Assembly: GCA_026414325.1 (NCBI GenBank)
Contig: JAOAJF010000001.1
Location: forward strand, 36,090-100,089
Length of the DNA: 64,000 nucleotides
Reading direction: 5' to 3'
DNA from: Candidatus Micrarchaeota archaeon
GTDB lineage: Archaea > Micrarchaeota > Micrarchaeia > Anstonellales > Anstonellaceae
Position 1 is the stretch's first letter, and every line of letters starts with the position of its first letter. The position numbers were made by a program, and so were the translations under genes. The notes beneath the pieces were generated by a model that worked only from the letters and a program-made list of their open reading frames with translations, was not told the DNA's origin and searched no databases. Shown in pieces: positions 50,188 through 59,428 of this stretch.

Positions 50188-50730
50188 TTATTTTTCTTTT
50201 TCAATTAATCTTACTAAATTTACTTTTAGCAGTTTTAAAAATAGTTTTTTAGACTCTTTTAATTTTAGAGAATTTTTTGTGTTTTCAATCCAACTTTTTG
50301 TTTTGTACCCCAAGTCATTATAATTTTTTGCTGTAAGAGCACACTCTATTTTATCCGCATCTTTTACTATCTGTTTTATTTTTTTGTTTTTTAAATATTC
50401 TAAATAATAGTCCTTAATCTCTTCAGGAAACTCAGAAATTATTTTTTTATTTATTTTATTTTTATTTGGCTTTAGATATTTTTTTGCTATTTTATGTAAA
50501 TCACCAATGTATATCTCTTCTAAATCATGAAAGAGTGATCCAACAATTAGCAGCAATATTTCATGCTCATTTAATTTCAACTTTTTAGCTAAAATAAGTG
50601 CTATTGGAACTGTTCTATATAAGTGCTCTGCTACTGATTCCTTTGGAGCTGCAATTACATCCCAACCGCTTCTAGAAATATTTTTTAGAATTTGTAATTT
50701 ATTTAAAAAATTTATAGTTTTATTTCTCAT
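50188..50730 (-). CDS. HD-domain phosphohydrolase (YfbR-like 5'-deoxynucleotidase family)
   Basis: H..R ... LLLIVGSLFHDLEEIYIGD: H, HD, D metal ligand pattern. Confidence 0.6.
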   Translation of the reverse strand: MRNKTINFLNKLQILKNISRSGWDVIAAPKESVAEHLYRTVPIALILAKKLKLNEHEILLLIVGSLFHDLEEIYIGDLHKIAKKYLKPNKNKINKKIISEFPEEIKDYYLEYLKNKKIKQIVKDADKIECALTAKNYNDLGYKTKSWIENTKNSLKLKESKKLFLKLLKVNLVRLIEKEK

Positions 50731-50754
50731 TCAATCAACTTTGCTAGTTTTGGC

Positions 50755-52002
50755 CTATAAGTCGCTGTCATATATTACCTTAGTTTCAGATTCTGATTTT
50801 TGCTGACTTTCCAATAAGATTTGTAGCATTTGTTGAGGTTCATACCCTGGCTTGATAAATCGGCTGTGACCCCTTAAACCTTTAGAAGATTCTACTGTTG
50901 TTATCAATCCAAGCATTTCTAACTCATTAAGATATTCTCTATACCATCTTGCAGAACGAGGTATTCTTTTAAATTTTCTACAAATTTTACAATATTCTTC
51001 ATACACCTCTCCACTCAAAAGCCTATTTTCTTCTAAATTCTCTTCCTGGCCAAGCCTTTGATAATGTCCAATATTGTTATATAAATTACATATTGCAATT
51101 AGTACAAGTTGCTGATGCTTTGGTAATGTTTTAATTATCTCGCCAACCAAAGTATTATCAACATTTTTTCTAGCTTCTTCTACTTCTCTGTCAGTTATTA
51201 AAAAAGACTTTTTTTCATCTGCTATCTCGCCAGCTTTAAGTAAAAGCTTTAGAGCATAGCGAGCATCTCCTGTTTCTTGTGCTGCTATTGCTGCAGCTAA
51301 ATTTATTGCTGAGTCATGTACTGTTCCTTCAACAAAACCTAGCTTTACTCGCTGGGCTAATATTTCTCTAAGCTGAATACTATTATATGGGCTAAAAACT
51401 ATCTCGCTTTCGCAGAGAGAAGATTTGCTTCTTGGGTCTAAAACCTCTTTAAAAGAAATTTTATTTGTTATACCAATCATTGAAATGGAGCCAGAGCTTA
51501 TTTCATCATTCATTCTTGTTAAAGTATAGACTAATTCATCTAAGTCTTTTACCATATCAATTTCGTCGAGAACTACAATAATTCTTTTTTGGTTTCCATT
51601 CTCGTATGGTACTTGTATATATTCTAATAATTTTTCATAAAAATGCGAAATTCCAAAACCAACTTTGTCTAATTCTGAAATAAAGGTTTTTCCAATTTTT
51701 TGCATTACTCTATATCTGGAATTATACATTCTACAATTTACATATACATCTTGCGGAAAAATTGTTTTTTTTCTAAATTCGGCCATAACTCTTTTTACAG
51801 TACAGGTTTTACCAGTGCCTGTTTTACCATATATAAATAAATTTTTTGGTCTTTGGTCTTCTAAAGCTGGAGCAACAGCTAGCATTATTTTTTCAATTTC
51901 TTTTTCTCTATAGGGAAGTACATCTGGAACAAAATGAGGTGAAAGAACATTTCTATCTAAAAAAACAGAAGGGAGAGTAAGTATAGTATCAAAATTTTGC
52001 AT
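50755..52002 (-). CDS. orc1: Orc1/Cdc6 replication initiator (copy 2)
   Basis: Walker A LFIYGKTGTGKTCT, Walker B IIVVLDEIDM, C-terminal wH; 415 aa. Confidence 0.85.
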   Translation of the reverse strand: MQNFDTILTLPSVFLDRNVLSPHFVPDVLPYREKEIEKIMLAVAPALEDQRPKNLFIYGKTGTGKTCTVKRVMAEFRKKTIFPQDVYVNCRMYNSRYRVMQKIGKTFISELDKVGFGISHFYEKLLEYIQVPYENGNQKRIIVVLDEIDMVKDLDELVYTLTRMNDEISSGSISMIGITNKISFKEVLDPRSKSSLCESEIVFSPYNSIQLREILAQRVKLGFVEGTVHDSAINLAAAIAAQETGDARYALKLLLKAGEIADEKKSFLITDREVEEARKNVDNTLVGEIIKTLPKHQQLVLIAICNLYNNIGHYQRLGQEENLEENRLLSGEVYEEYCKICRKFKRIPRSARWYREYLNELEMLGLITTVESSKGLRGHSRFIKPGYEPQQMLQILLESQQKSESETKVIYDSDL

Positions 52003-52110
52003 ATTATTATTTATTTCTTAACTATTTAAAAAAAGTTAAGTTATACAAAACCTTATTAATTCTTTCTTTCTTATTTTTATATCAAAAAATTTGTTTTTGA
52101 GGTGTCTTGG

Positions 52111-52485
52111 ATGGGCTTGTTAGATGAAATAACTAAAACCTTGGGGCTTTCAAAAAGCACTGAAGTAGAAAAGATTGAGGAATTTATGGACAGCGCAGAG
52201 ATGGAAAATGTAGATGTGCTCCATGAGGCAGCCGATTTTTATGTAAAGCCCTTTAGTTTAGAATCTGAGCAGGATATTAATGTAGTTTTAGATGAGTTAA
52301 AACAAAAAAACATTCTTATTTTAAACATAGCTAATCTAAAAAGAAACGAGGCAAAACAGAAAATGATCATTGATAATCTAAAAAATCACATTACAAAGAT
52401 AAATGGAGACATTGCAAGACTAGATGAAAACAGAATTCTAGTAACTCCTTCAAAAGTAAAAATTGTAAAAACCAAGAAGAAATAA
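52111..52485 (+). CDS. sepF: SepF-like cell division protein
   Basis: FYVKPFSLESEQDINVVLDELKQKNILILNIANL...IIDNLKNHITKINGDIARLDENRILVTPSKVKI follows the SepF domain pattern; ATG 52111 (GTG 52102 alternative). Confidence 0.55.
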   Translation: MGLLDEITKTLGLSKSTEVEKIEEFMDSAEMENVDVLHEAADFYVKPFSLESEQDINVVLDELKQKNILILNIANLKRNEAKQKMIIDNLKNHITKINGDIARLDENRILVTPSKVKIVKTKKK

Positions 52486-52520
52486 TCACAACAAAGAAAA
52501 TTTAAAAATTACGCAAGAGT

Positions 52521-53105
52521 TTAAAAAAACATCTTCATTACCTTAGCAATATCTCTTTTTTCAACCAATATATACGTGCTATCCCATACTGAGAATATCT
52601 CCACTATACTTATAGAATGTTGGTAAAAATTAGCTAACATATAAAATAGAACTCCTGGGATTTTTTCAATATTCTGAGGGTGCTTAAACTCTACCAGCCC
52701 TAAATTATCCTGATAATACAATGTTTTATTTTTGTATTTTTCTAATTCTTTTCTTTCACCAATAGCTACTTGCTTATCTGAAAAAGAGATTAAATTTTTT
52801 GCTTTTATGTTTTGTTTTATATCTGCTACTAGTACTGCATAATCACTATAAATATTTATTGTGCTGCCTTTTATCAAACTTTTTATCTCCTCTTTTTTAA
52901 CTTTCTTTTCTTGTTTTTCTATTACTCTATACAAATTTATCATTACTGCCTCGTCCGATTTTTTTATTCCTAGCTCGTTTTTAATTTTTTTTGCAACTGC
53001 TGAAATATTTAAAATCCCTTCATAAGAGTAATATAACAAGAGGGGATTGTCATATAGATATTGCTCTACCTGCTCTTTAGTAGATGGGCTCTTTTCTTTT
53101 TTCAT
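52521..53105 (-). CDS. hypothetical protein (194 aa)
   Basis: ORF only. Confidence 0.3.
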   Translation of the reverse strand: MKKEKSPSTKEQVEQYLYDNPLLLYYSYEGILNISAVAKKIKNELGIKKSDEAVMINLYRVIEKQEKKVKKEEIKSLIKGSTINIYSDYAVLVADIKQNIKAKNLISFSDKQVAIGERKELEKYKNKTLYYQDNLGLVEFKHPQNIEKIPGVLFYMLANFYQHSISIVEIFSVWDSTYILVEKRDIAKVMKMFF

Positions 53106-53243
53106 ACTCTTTTTTCTTCTATCAAATTTATAAATTTATCTATTTTTACAAAATTTTTAATTTTTTTAACAATTTTTCCAAAAAGCTTTTTAAATAAAGT
53201 ACTATCTAAATCCAATACAAAACATATAAAAAAGGTGAGTTGA

Positions 53244-53438
53244 ATGCAACAGGCTAAGGGATTTTTTTATCAAAAATATTTAGAAGCAAAAGTGCTAAAC
53301 ACAAAGGCACTTATAAGACTTTATTATAACTTTAATAAAAAATCAGCTAAATCTGAATCTAATTTTTCTCAATCACAAAATAAAAAAGTCAAAGAATTTT
53401 CAGATAAATTTCTAAATTCAGGAGGCTTATTTTTATGA
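53244..53438 (+). CDS. small hypothetical protein (64 aa), translationally coupled to downstream gene
   Basis: stop overlaps downstream start (ATGA). Confidence 0.25.
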   Translation: MQQAKGFFYQKYLEAKVLNTKALIRLYYNFNKKSAKSESNFSQSQNKKVKEFSDKFLNSGGLFL

Positions 53439-54277
53439 ATACAAAATTTAGTACTAATAATTTGAAAAAAAACAATATAGATGTAAATCTTTTAGGTTGG
53501 GAGTCAATTGCTACTAAATGGCATGCAGTAAAACATCCTCGAAGACCATCTTCTAATGATTTAAATAAACTTCAGCCTTTAGTTCAGAGGTTAGAAGGCC
53601 CAGTTGCAATATTCGGTGCAACTCCAGAATATCGCTTTTTACTAGACAAAATTTCAAAAGAATCAAAAAAAACTTATAATATCTATCTTATAGAAAAATC
53701 TATTCTATCCTACAAGGCAATGAATTCTATTTTAAAAAAAGAGTTTAATTTGATCCCAAAAAAAGAAACTTTAATAGAAGTTGATTGGGAAGAATTTTCT
53801 TATCCTAAAAATACTTTTTCCTTTTTATTAGGAGACACTATCTTAGGCTATCTTCAGACAAAAGACAGGTTAGAAAAATTTCTTAACAATTGCCACTATT
53901 GCCTTACCTCTGGTGGCTCTTTCTTTTTAAGAGAATTTCTTTTTAACCAAAGTCATACTCTAAACTTTTCTGCTAAAGAAGTGCGCCACCTACCAATAGA
54001 CAAAGACAAAAAAAGATGGGCTTATATTTTTGTTAAAGGTTTTGCTATTGAAAATAGCACTTTTTATGAAGAAAAACTATCATTTAACTTACTTGAAAAA
54101 GTTCATGATGTTAAAGTCTTTAAAACCTGTGCAAACCCTCCTCGTTTAAGGCTTGTTTTAGATCTAATAAATTTAGAAAAAATTTCCAAATCTTGTGGTT
54201 TTAATTTAATTATTCACCAGCAGCAGGAAAATTCTCTTTATCCTAAACCAGCTATTTTAGAACTAAAAAAATATTAA
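53435..54277 (+). CDS. hypothetical protein (280 aa)
   Basis: ORF only; no confident motif. Confidence 0.3.
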   Translation: MNTKFSTNNLKKNNIDVNLLGWESIATKWHAVKHPRRPSSNDLNKLQPLVQRLEGPVAIFGATPEYRFLLDKISKESKKTYNIYLIEKSILSYKAMNSILKKEFNLIPKKETLIEVDWEEFSYPKNTFSFLLGDTILGYLQTKDRLEKFLNNCHYCLTSGGSFFLREFLFNQSHTLNFSAKEVRHLPIDKDKKRWAYIFVKGFAIENSTFYEEKLSFNLLEKVHDVKVFKTCANPPRLRLVLDLINLEKISKSCGFNLIIHQQQENSLYPKPAILELKKY

Positions 54278-54954
54278 TTTTTTAAAATATATATTAGACC
54301 TTTTGCCTCAATATTAGTCATAAATCTTTTTTCAAAAAAAGCTCTAAGAGCATAGCTAAGTTTCTGTCGATTTTTTAAATTTTTTATTTTTTCTAATTTT
54401 TTTTCAACCAATTTTTCAATATATTCTCTTTCTTTCTTAGTTGCTAGTTGTTCTGCTCCTGACTTAAATTTTATGTTACTTAATTCATAAAGCACAATAG
54501 CTAAGGCGTTAGTTATATTTAAAACAGGATATCTTTTAGAAGTTGGTATATGAACTAAGACATCACACAACTTGATTTCCTCTCTATTTAGTCCAGTGCT
54601 CTCTCTACCAAATAATATTGCTATTGGCTTTTTGGTTTTTCTTTCTTCTAAAATTTTTTTAAATTGTTTTAGCTCAATAGGCCCAAAACTAATATCAGTA
54701 TATTTATTTATAACCCCGCTTGTGCCAACAACTAAGTCACAACCCTTTAGAGCATCTTCAAGCTTTGAATAGATTTTTGCATTCTTAATTATTCTTTTTG
54801 CATGTTTTGCATACATTATAGCACTAAAGCCTAACGAGCATTTAGGATTTATCAAATACATACTTCTTATGTTAAAGTTATCCATTACTCTTGCACTAAG
54901 CCCAAGATTTATCTCCTGCTCTGGCTCTACAAAAATTATTCTAAATTTCTCCAT
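54274..54954 (-). CDS. SPOUT (SpoU/TrmH) RNA 2'-O-methyltransferase, TrmJ-like
   Basis: N-terminus RIIFVEPEQEINLGLSARVMDNFNIRSMYLINPK like TrmJ; PIAILFGRESTGL and NITNALAIVLYEL SPOUT motifs. Confidence 0.6.
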   Translation of the reverse strand: MEKFRIIFVEPEQEINLGLSARVMDNFNIRSMYLINPKCSLGFSAIMYAKHAKRIIKNAKIYSKLEDALKGCDLVVGTSGVINKYTDISFGPIELKQFKKILEERKTKKPIAILFGRESTGLNREEIKLCDVLVHIPTSKRYPVLNITNALAIVLYELSNIKFKSGAEQLATKKEREYIEKLVEKKLEKIKNLKNRQKLSYALRAFFEKRFMTNIEAKGLIYILKN

Positions 54955-54959
54955 ATTTT

Positions 54960-55574
54960 TTATTTTGTTGTATAGATTTTATATAAGATTATTCTCTCAA
55001 AAAAGAAGCTCTGTCTATCTATCTCTTTATAAGAATAACCATTTTTATAAATAAAAGTTTTTAATTTTTCCAAATCTGCTAAATCTGAGACTATTAGATA
55101 AATAACACCTTGTTTTTTCAAAAAATTTTTTGCTTGGATTAAAAATCTTCTTATTATTTTCAAGCCATTTTTTCCACCATCAAAAGAGGAGTTAAGCTCA
55201 TCTTTTATTTTTTCTTCTTTAGTTGTTGGAAGATAAGGAGGATTAAAAATTATATAATCAAATTTTTGGTTTTTTATATTTTCAAAAAGGTCTGAATAAA
55301 TGAATTTTATTTTGTTTTCTACTTTGTTTATTCTAGCATTTTTTTGTGCATTCTCAATAGCTTTTTTATTAATATCAGTCGCATAAATTTTTTCAATGCC
55401 TTTTTTTGCCAAATATATCGAAATTATTCCACTTCCAGTACCTATCTCCAAAATCTTTCCTTTTATATTTTTTAAATTTTTTAGAAGAAGAAAGCTATCT
55501 TCAGCAGGAAAATATACTTTTTTATGAGGCTTTAGTAAAATTATTCTATCGCCTACAAAAATTTTTTGAATCAT
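54960..55574 (-). CDS. HemK/PrmC-family protein glutamine N5-methyltransferase (archaeal Mtq2-like)
   Basis: SAM motif KILEIGTGSGIISIYLAK and IIFNPPY (NPPY) catalytic motif; 204 aa. Confidence 0.6.
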   Translation of the reverse strand: MIQKIFVGDRIILLKPHKKVYFPAEDSFLLLKNLKNIKGKILEIGTGSGIISIYLAKKGIEKIYATDINKKAIENAQKNARINKVENKIKFIYSDLFENIKNQKFDYIIFNPPYLPTTKEEKIKDELNSSFDGGKNGLKIIRRFLIQAKNFLKKQGVIYLIVSDLADLEKLKTFIYKNGYSYKEIDRQSFFFERIILYKIYTTK

Positions 55575-56173
55575 AAAAATTCTTTAAAAATTTTTTTTGC
55601 TTTTTTGTATCCTGCACCAATTCTAACAAATTTTTTATTTACTAGGTCTATTATAGTTGAACCTTTTTTATGTCTGCACTCTCCAGCATCGATTATCAAA
55701 TCAACTTTTTGCTTTATTTCTTCTTCAATATCCTCAACTTTATAATTAGATTTTTGGCCAGAAATATTTGCACTTGTACTAATTATTGGTCTGTTAAATG
55801 CTTTTGCTAATAAAGTGCAAAACCTGTTTTTTGGTACTCTAAGACCTATAACATTTTTCTTGACTATAGCAATCCTTCTTTTTGCTTTTGCCAAAATAGT
55901 AAACGGGCCAGGAAAAATTAATCTTATTTTATTTTTGTATTTCTCTACCTTTGCATATTTGTCTAATTCTTCTAGCTTTACAACAGCTGAAAACGTATCT
56001 ACTTTTCTTTTCTTTACTTTAAGAATTTTTTTTATAACTTTTTTATTTGTCCCATCTCCACCTATTCCATAAAGTGTATCTGTTGGATATATCAAAAGCC
56101 CGCCTTTTTTTAAAACAGCAGCTGCTTGTTTTACTGCTTCTTTATATGGTGGGATTTTTATAATTTTTACCAT
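55571..56173 (-). CDS. tsaC: L-threonylcarbamoyladenylate synthase (Sua5/YrdC/TsaC)
   Basis: YrdC signature LLIYPTDTLYGIGGDG; start refined to ATG 56173 (MVKIIKI); the 35-aa N-terminal extension in the track overlaps the SRP RNA and is likely spurious. Confidence 0.8.
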   Translation of the reverse strand: MVKIIKIPPYKEAVKQAAAVLKKGGLLIYPTDTLYGIGGDGTNKKVIKKILKVKKRKVDTFSAVVKLEELDKYAKVEKYKNKIRLIFPGPFTILAKAKRRIAIVKKNVIGLRVPKNRFCTLLAKAFNRPIISTSANISGQKSNYKVEDIEEEIKQKVDLIIDAGECRHKKGSTIIDLVNKKFVRIGAGYKKAKKIFKEFL

Positions 56174-56195
56174 ATTCTTCACTAAAAATAAAAAA

Positions 56196-56474
56196 GCGCA
56201 CAAGAACGACCTTTGTGGCCAGAGCCAACTTATTCTGCATCTCTTAAAACCAAATTCAACCCTGTTTCCAGACAGCATGGCAATATTAGATTATGGCTGC
56301 TCCTTCCGGCCTGACCAGGTTCTCTAATATTACCATCCATCTGGGCATGGGTTTCATAATTTGATTTTAAGCGCATATAATAAATTGGCTAAGGCGCCAT
56401 CGGTCTGTCGGCCGCGCCATAAGAGGATTTGCGCTTAGCAGCAGACCCCTACCCTGCCAGCCTATCTTGTGCGC
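56196..56474 (-). ncRNA. ffs: signal recognition particle RNA (7S/SRP RNA)
   Basis: approximately 280-nt GC-rich island; minus strand reads ACCUGGUCAGGCCGGAAGGAGCAGCC, matching conserved SRP RNA helix 8 (CCAGGUCAGGUCCGGAAGGAAGCAGCC); terminal helix GCGCACAAG (56196-56204) pairs with CTTGTGCGC (56466-56474). Confidence 0.7.
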
Positions 56475-56583
56475 ATCAATTATTTTGTACTTTGAAGTAT
56501 TTAAGGTTTTTTTTGTTGTTAGCTTCAACATTTGTTCTATTTAAAAAAGTAAGCTTTTAAAATCTCAATATATTAAATAGTAG

Positions 56584-57315
56584 TTGTTGTTTATTATGGA
56601 AAAACAAAATTTAAATTTTAAATCATTTTTCTTAAATCCATCTAAGGTTATCAAAGAAATAAAAGTTTATGATTTTAGCTATAAGGATTTTTTCTTAACT
56701 ATTCTTTTTTATGCTTTTTTTATGGCTTTAACAAGCACTTTAGACTATACTGTATCTTTTATTTATAACCCAATTATTGTTCAGCACAAATCTATTGGTT
56801 TTTATAAAATAATTTCCTCTACTCTTATTTCTACTCTGTTTTCATTTCTTTTCTTACTCTTGTTATATTTTTTATCTGGGATAATACTATTTTTTGCTTC
56901 AAAAAAATTAAACAAAGTTGTAAAATTTCAAAACTTACTTTGTTTATTGTCCCTGCCTTTAGCAATGGCATTTAAAGTGTTCTTAGTTTTTTTTATTCTT
57001 TCAGCATTGTTGAAGTTTTTACTTCTTTCTCCATATTTGCCTCCTTATGTTAACTTTCAACACAATTTTGACAGGCCAACTCTTTTGCTTTTAGTTGAAG
57101 TAGATGCATTAATCGTTAAAATAGGCTCGATACTTTCTATATTAATTTATTTATTTTATCCCTTTTTTATAATCAAAGAACTTTTTGAAGTTTCTTTTAG
57201 CAAAGCATTTGGGCTTTATCTATTGTTTTTAATATCTTATCCACTAGCTAAATTTTTATTAAACGTGTTATATCTATTTCTTTTTAACTTTCTAAATTTA
57301 GAAAAAATCTTTTAA
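56584..57315 (+). CDS. Yip1-like multi-TM membrane protein, paralog 1 of 3
   Basis: shares N-terminal F..P...IK..K..D.SYKD.FL motif and C-terminal IKELFEVSF.KAF segment with the next two ORFs; 5 TM helices. Confidence 0.4.
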   Translation: MLFIMEKQNLNFKSFFLNPSKVIKEIKVYDFSYKDFFLTILFYAFFMALTSTLDYTVSFIYNPIIVQHKSIGFYKIISSTLISTLFSFLFLLLLYFLSGIILFFASKKLNKVVKFQNLLCLLSLPLAMAFKVFLVFFILSALLKFLLLSPYLPPYVNFQHNFDRPTLLLLVEVDALIVKIGSILSILIYLFYPFFIIKELFEVSFSKAFGLYLLFLISYPLAKFLLNVLYLFLFNFLNLEKIF

Positions 57316-57337
57316 ATCTTATTATTTTAATAGTTAT

Positions 57338-57961
57338 GTGATTATTATGGAAAATATAGCTGTTTTTCAAAATCTGCTTTTTAAACCAGCGGACACAATA
57401 AAGCAACTCAACACAAAAGACTACTCTTACAAAGACGTCTTTCTAAATGTGCTGTTAATATCCTTTTTATTGAGTTTTGCAGGTTTTGTCTCATCTATTT
57501 TTATCTTAAATTCAGATTTGTTTGCTGCACTAATTGGCCTTGTATTTACTTTAGTAATTTATTCTATTCTTTTTTTTGTGTTTGGTCTAATTTTTAGTTC
57601 TATTTTTTCATTTATTGCAAAATTATTGGGAGGAAAACAATCAGTAAAGGTCTTAAATTTATTTTATTTGTATTCTACTTTGTCTATCCCATTCACAGCA
57701 ATTATTGCACTTTTAATTATTCTTTCTTTACTTCCATTAATCGGATCAATCTTTGGTTTGCTTAACCTCTTAGTATCTTTAGTTACCCTTTACTATATAA
57801 CAATATTAATAAGAGAAGTCTTTGAAATCTCAACTCTAAAGGCAGTTGCTGTATGGCTTTTACCAGTAATAATTTTTGCACTTATCATTTTCATTCTAAT
57901 TATATTTTTAGGGGCTGCTCTTTTAAGCCTTATTTTAAGTGCAAAACCCCCAGCAGCTTAA
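57338..57961 (+). CDS. Yip1-like multi-TM membrane protein, paralog 2 of 3
   Basis: LLFKPADTIKQLNTKDYSYKDVFLN ... IREVFEISTLKAVAVWLLPVIIF, paralogous to neighbours. Confidence 0.4.
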   Translation: MIIMENIAVFQNLLFKPADTIKQLNTKDYSYKDVFLNVLLISFLLSFAGFVSSIFILNSDLFAALIGLVFTLVIYSILFFVFGLIFSSIFSFIAKLLGGKQSVKVLNLFYLYSTLSIPFTAIIALLIILSLLPLIGSIFGLLNLLVSLVTLYYITILIREVFEISTLKAVAVWLLPVIIFALIIFILIIFLGAALLSLILSAKPPAA

Positions 57962-58115
57962 AACTTTTTCTTTTTTATTTTTTCCCTTCTTTTTCTTTTT
58001 TGCTAGCAAATGCTCTATTGTATTTGTGATAAAGTTCTATTTTGTTCAACTGGGTTTAGCTAATTATTAAAAATTATTATAAATCTTCCTATTAAAATAT
58101 TAAATGTGAAGCCTT

Positions 58116-58754
58116 ATGTTCAACATATCTGAATATTTCTATCTTTTAAAGGACTTATTTACTAAGCCAGCAGAAACTGTTAAAAAACTAAAAAGAAAAA
58201 ACTATGGTTTTTCACACTCTCTGCCAAATATTTTAATTCCAGTCATATTTTTTACTATCTTCTCTTTTCTAAGTTTTCTTTCTCAATTAGATTTTTCAGG
58301 AGCAGTTATAACTCTGTTTTTAAGCCCTGTTTTGGGTTTAATTGGTTTTAGCCTTGGAATTCTAATTTCTAGTGCTATTTTTATTTTTCTTGCAAAAGTA
58401 CTTGGAGGAAAAGAAGTAAAACTCCAAACATTTTTCTACATTCTTTCTCTGTTCTATAGTCCATTTACTATATTAAACTCCTTCTTTTTATTTTTAACAA
58501 GCATTCCACTAATTGGTCTAATTTTTGCAGTATTTACTTTTCTTGGATCATTAGTTTTATGTTTAATTGGTCTATATTTCTTAACTATCATAATAAGAGA
58601 AACATTTGAACTTTCTACCCTCAGAGCAATAGCAGTCTGGTTTTTACCAACAATAGTGCTAATATTTCTTGCTATACTTGTTGGGCTAATTGTAGGAGCT
58701 GTGCTAGGCATTGCTCTTTTAAGCCTCCTACTAAAGCTATCAACAATATCCTAA
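58116..58754 (+). CDS. Yip1-like multi-TM membrane protein, paralog 3 of 3
   Basis: LFTKPAETVKKLKRKNYGF ... IRETFELSTLRAIAVWFLPTIVL, paralogous to neighbours. Confidence 0.4.
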   Translation: MFNISEYFYLLKDLFTKPAETVKKLKRKNYGFSHSLPNILIPVIFFTIFSFLSFLSQLDFSGAVITLFLSPVLGLIGFSLGILISSAIFIFLAKVLGGKEVKLQTFFYILSLFYSPFTILNSFFLFLTSIPLIGLIFAVFTFLGSLVLCLIGLYFLTIIIRETFELSTLRAIAVWFLPTIVLIFLAILVGLIVGAVLGIALLSLLLKLSTIS

Positions 58755-58843
58755 ACGAGTTAAATTTTTATTTTTTTATTAAATTTTTCTCTACTTCTAA
58801 TTTTTAAATTACAAAATAGTTTGCAAAAGCAGTAAGTCAAAAG

Positions 58844-58930
58844 CGCCGGGGGGGAGATTTGAACTCCCGCGTGGGTTTCCCCACAACAGGTTAGCAACCT
58901 GCCGCACTAACCAGGCTATGCGACCCCAGC
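58844..58930 (-). tRNA. tRNA-Ser (anticodon GCU), type II with long variable arm
   Basis: minus-strand reading: acceptor GCTGGGG/CCCCGGC (one G-U), 3-bp D stem with long D loop, anticodon loop TTGCTAA, variable-arm hairpin GTGGG-GAAA-CCCAC, T-loop GGGAGTTCAAATCTCCC; 87 nt. Confidence 0.85.
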
Positions 58931-58988
58931 ATTTACATTAAATCTATAAATAAAACATATTTAAAAGCTCTATAGTTCTTTTTATTTT

Positions 58989-59399
58989 ATGGCAAATTGG
59001 CTTACTCATCTAAGCAAAATCGTCAAATACCCAAAAAAAATAAAGATAAAAAAAGAAGAGTTTTTAATCCCCTCTCCAAATCAAATAAAAAAATTAATGC
59101 AAAGGCCAAAAGCCAAAAAACTTCTAAGCACGCAACAAATATTAAACTATTTAGAAAAAAAATACAAATTAAAAGTTTATCCTAAAGCTTTTAAACTATT
59201 TTTATGGGCAATTGCAGATAGTCAGGAGCCTTCCTTTCCGTTCTGGAGAACTATTGGCCCAAATGGTGAATTATTAGAAGAATTTGCTGACAAAATTTTT
59301 CTTCAAGCAAATTTTTTAAGAAAAGAAGGACACATAATTATCAGAAAAGGAAAAAATCTAATAGTAAAAAATTTTCAAAAAAAGCTAATTAAACTCTAA
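58989..59399 (+). CDS. basic hypothetical protein (136 aa)
   Basis: ORF only; K-rich. Confidence 0.3.
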   Translation: MANWLTHLSKIVKYPKKIKIKKEEFLIPSPNQIKKLMQRPKAKKLLSTQQILNYLEKKYKLKVYPKAFKLFLWAIADSQEPSFPFWRTIGPNGELLEEFADKIFLQANFLRKEGHIIIRKGKNLIVKNFQKKLIKL

Positions 59400-59428
59400 T
59401 TTATCTATATATTTTTCTATACTCTAAT

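Noticed and set aside
47221-52110. Search for ORB/mini-ORB origin repeats next to the two orc1 genes
   Set aside because: The short AT-rich spacers show no clear inverted repeats or ORB-like motifs by eye, so I do not call an origin; this needs a computational motif scan.
56174-56278. N-terminal 35-codon extension of the Sua5/TsaC ORF
   Set aside because: Overlaps the SRP RNA terminal helix; the conserved YrdC domain begins after an internal Met (MVKIIKI); the extension sequence (MLSGNRVEFGFKRCRISWLWPQRSF...) looks like translated structured RNA.
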